Source: Octopus sinensis (taxonomy: Eukaryota). From it: a stretch of 64,000 nt of DNA. The position numbers and the translations under genes are program-made. Below the pieces are notes generated by a model. That model was not told where the DNA came from. It made no database searches and saw only the letters and a list, made by a program, of their open reading frames with translations. The stretch lies in contig NC_042998.1 of NCBI RefSeq assembly GCF_006345805.1, positions 37,572,001 through 37,636,000 of the forward strand. Reading direction: 5' to 3'. Positions 63,282 through 64,000 of the stretch are shown here, in pieces; position 1 is the first letter of the stretch, and each line of letters starts with the position of its first letter.

Positions 63282-63392
63282 TGTTATTATCATAAGCGTA
63301 ACATTATGATAGACATTTTAGATTAAATGCCGGTGTTTGTTCATGATTTTTTGGGGAGGAACAAGATGTCTTCCCATACTTCAATCAGCATG

Positions 63393-63396
<4 letters not shown>

Positions 63397-63476
<80 letters not shown>
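63397..63476. repeat. (CT)n microsatellite
   Basis: About 40 perfect CT units. Confidence 0.97.
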
Positions 63477-63485
<9 letters not shown>

Positions 63486-64000
63486 TAATTACCACGAGAC
63501 GCTTCATGTCTGAGAATCATTAGAAAATCCGGGAGGTGAACGTATTTTCAGAACATGTTCTCGCTAGTTTTTTTCTGTATGTCATTAGTCGATGGGTTAA
63601 TATTGCTTGTGCAATGTTGGCGATGCAACATAAATAATAAATCTTAAATCAAGATAACCGAAGAAATAAATTATTGTTGATAATCACATCGAATGCATGA
63701 CTGAAATGAAAGGTTCGAAGGCATTTTTTTTTTCTATATTGCTGTAATACATTTCATGTTATGCCTCTGATTTATAGAAAAGGCTTTTCAATCGAATGTT
63801 TATTTATCTGAGTTGTAAAGCAAGATCATGAAACGAGAATCAGCTTGGCCTGCGGGGTATAAAACTTACGTAACAAAATGATTAGGGAACGTGAAAACAA
63901 AAACGAATTGCGCGTTCATCTTGGAAAAGATGTAAGATTAATTCAAATGCAATATTTCTTTAGAAGAGAAACAGGAATTGAATGATTTTCAAGGTTGCAG

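Overview
AT-rich, microsatellite-laden animal genomic DNA. The SINE families and overall texture point to an octopus or another coleoid cephalopod; this is inferred from repeat families, not from a database search. There is one 100-N scaffold gap (2700-2799). Almost all ORFs in the supplied track are (TA/CA)n or repeat artefacts. The best host-gene candidate is invisible to that track: a minus-strand chain of four small, phase-compatible coding exons (61157-61116, 50409-50359, 50215-50179, 48354-48269) encoding a 71-aa acidic protein I do not recognise. The rest is mobile-element debris: three tRNA-derived SINE families (several copies with clear TSDs), Tx1/L1, R4/Dong-type (RLE), RTE and Penelope-like retroelement relics, a mariner relic, a non-autonomous Helitron and fold-back MITEs. 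Four observations stand out. (1) A ~3-kb relic (11.1-14.1 kb) holds three diverged ~650-850-bp tandem units with residual codon-like divergence, in which TAA recurs at aligned columns and TAA/TAG align with CAA/CAG (a TAR=Gln code, or heavy C>T decay); it ends in a hammerhead-like motif. (2) Five hammerhead-ribozyme-like loci occur, one inside a perfect 136-bp palindrome that carries the motif on both strands. (3) SINE multimers are joined at an invariant hairpin junction, and one trimer sits inside a single 16-bp TSD. (4) An orphan decayed ORF lies at ~26 kb. Coordinates of decayed repeats are approximate.
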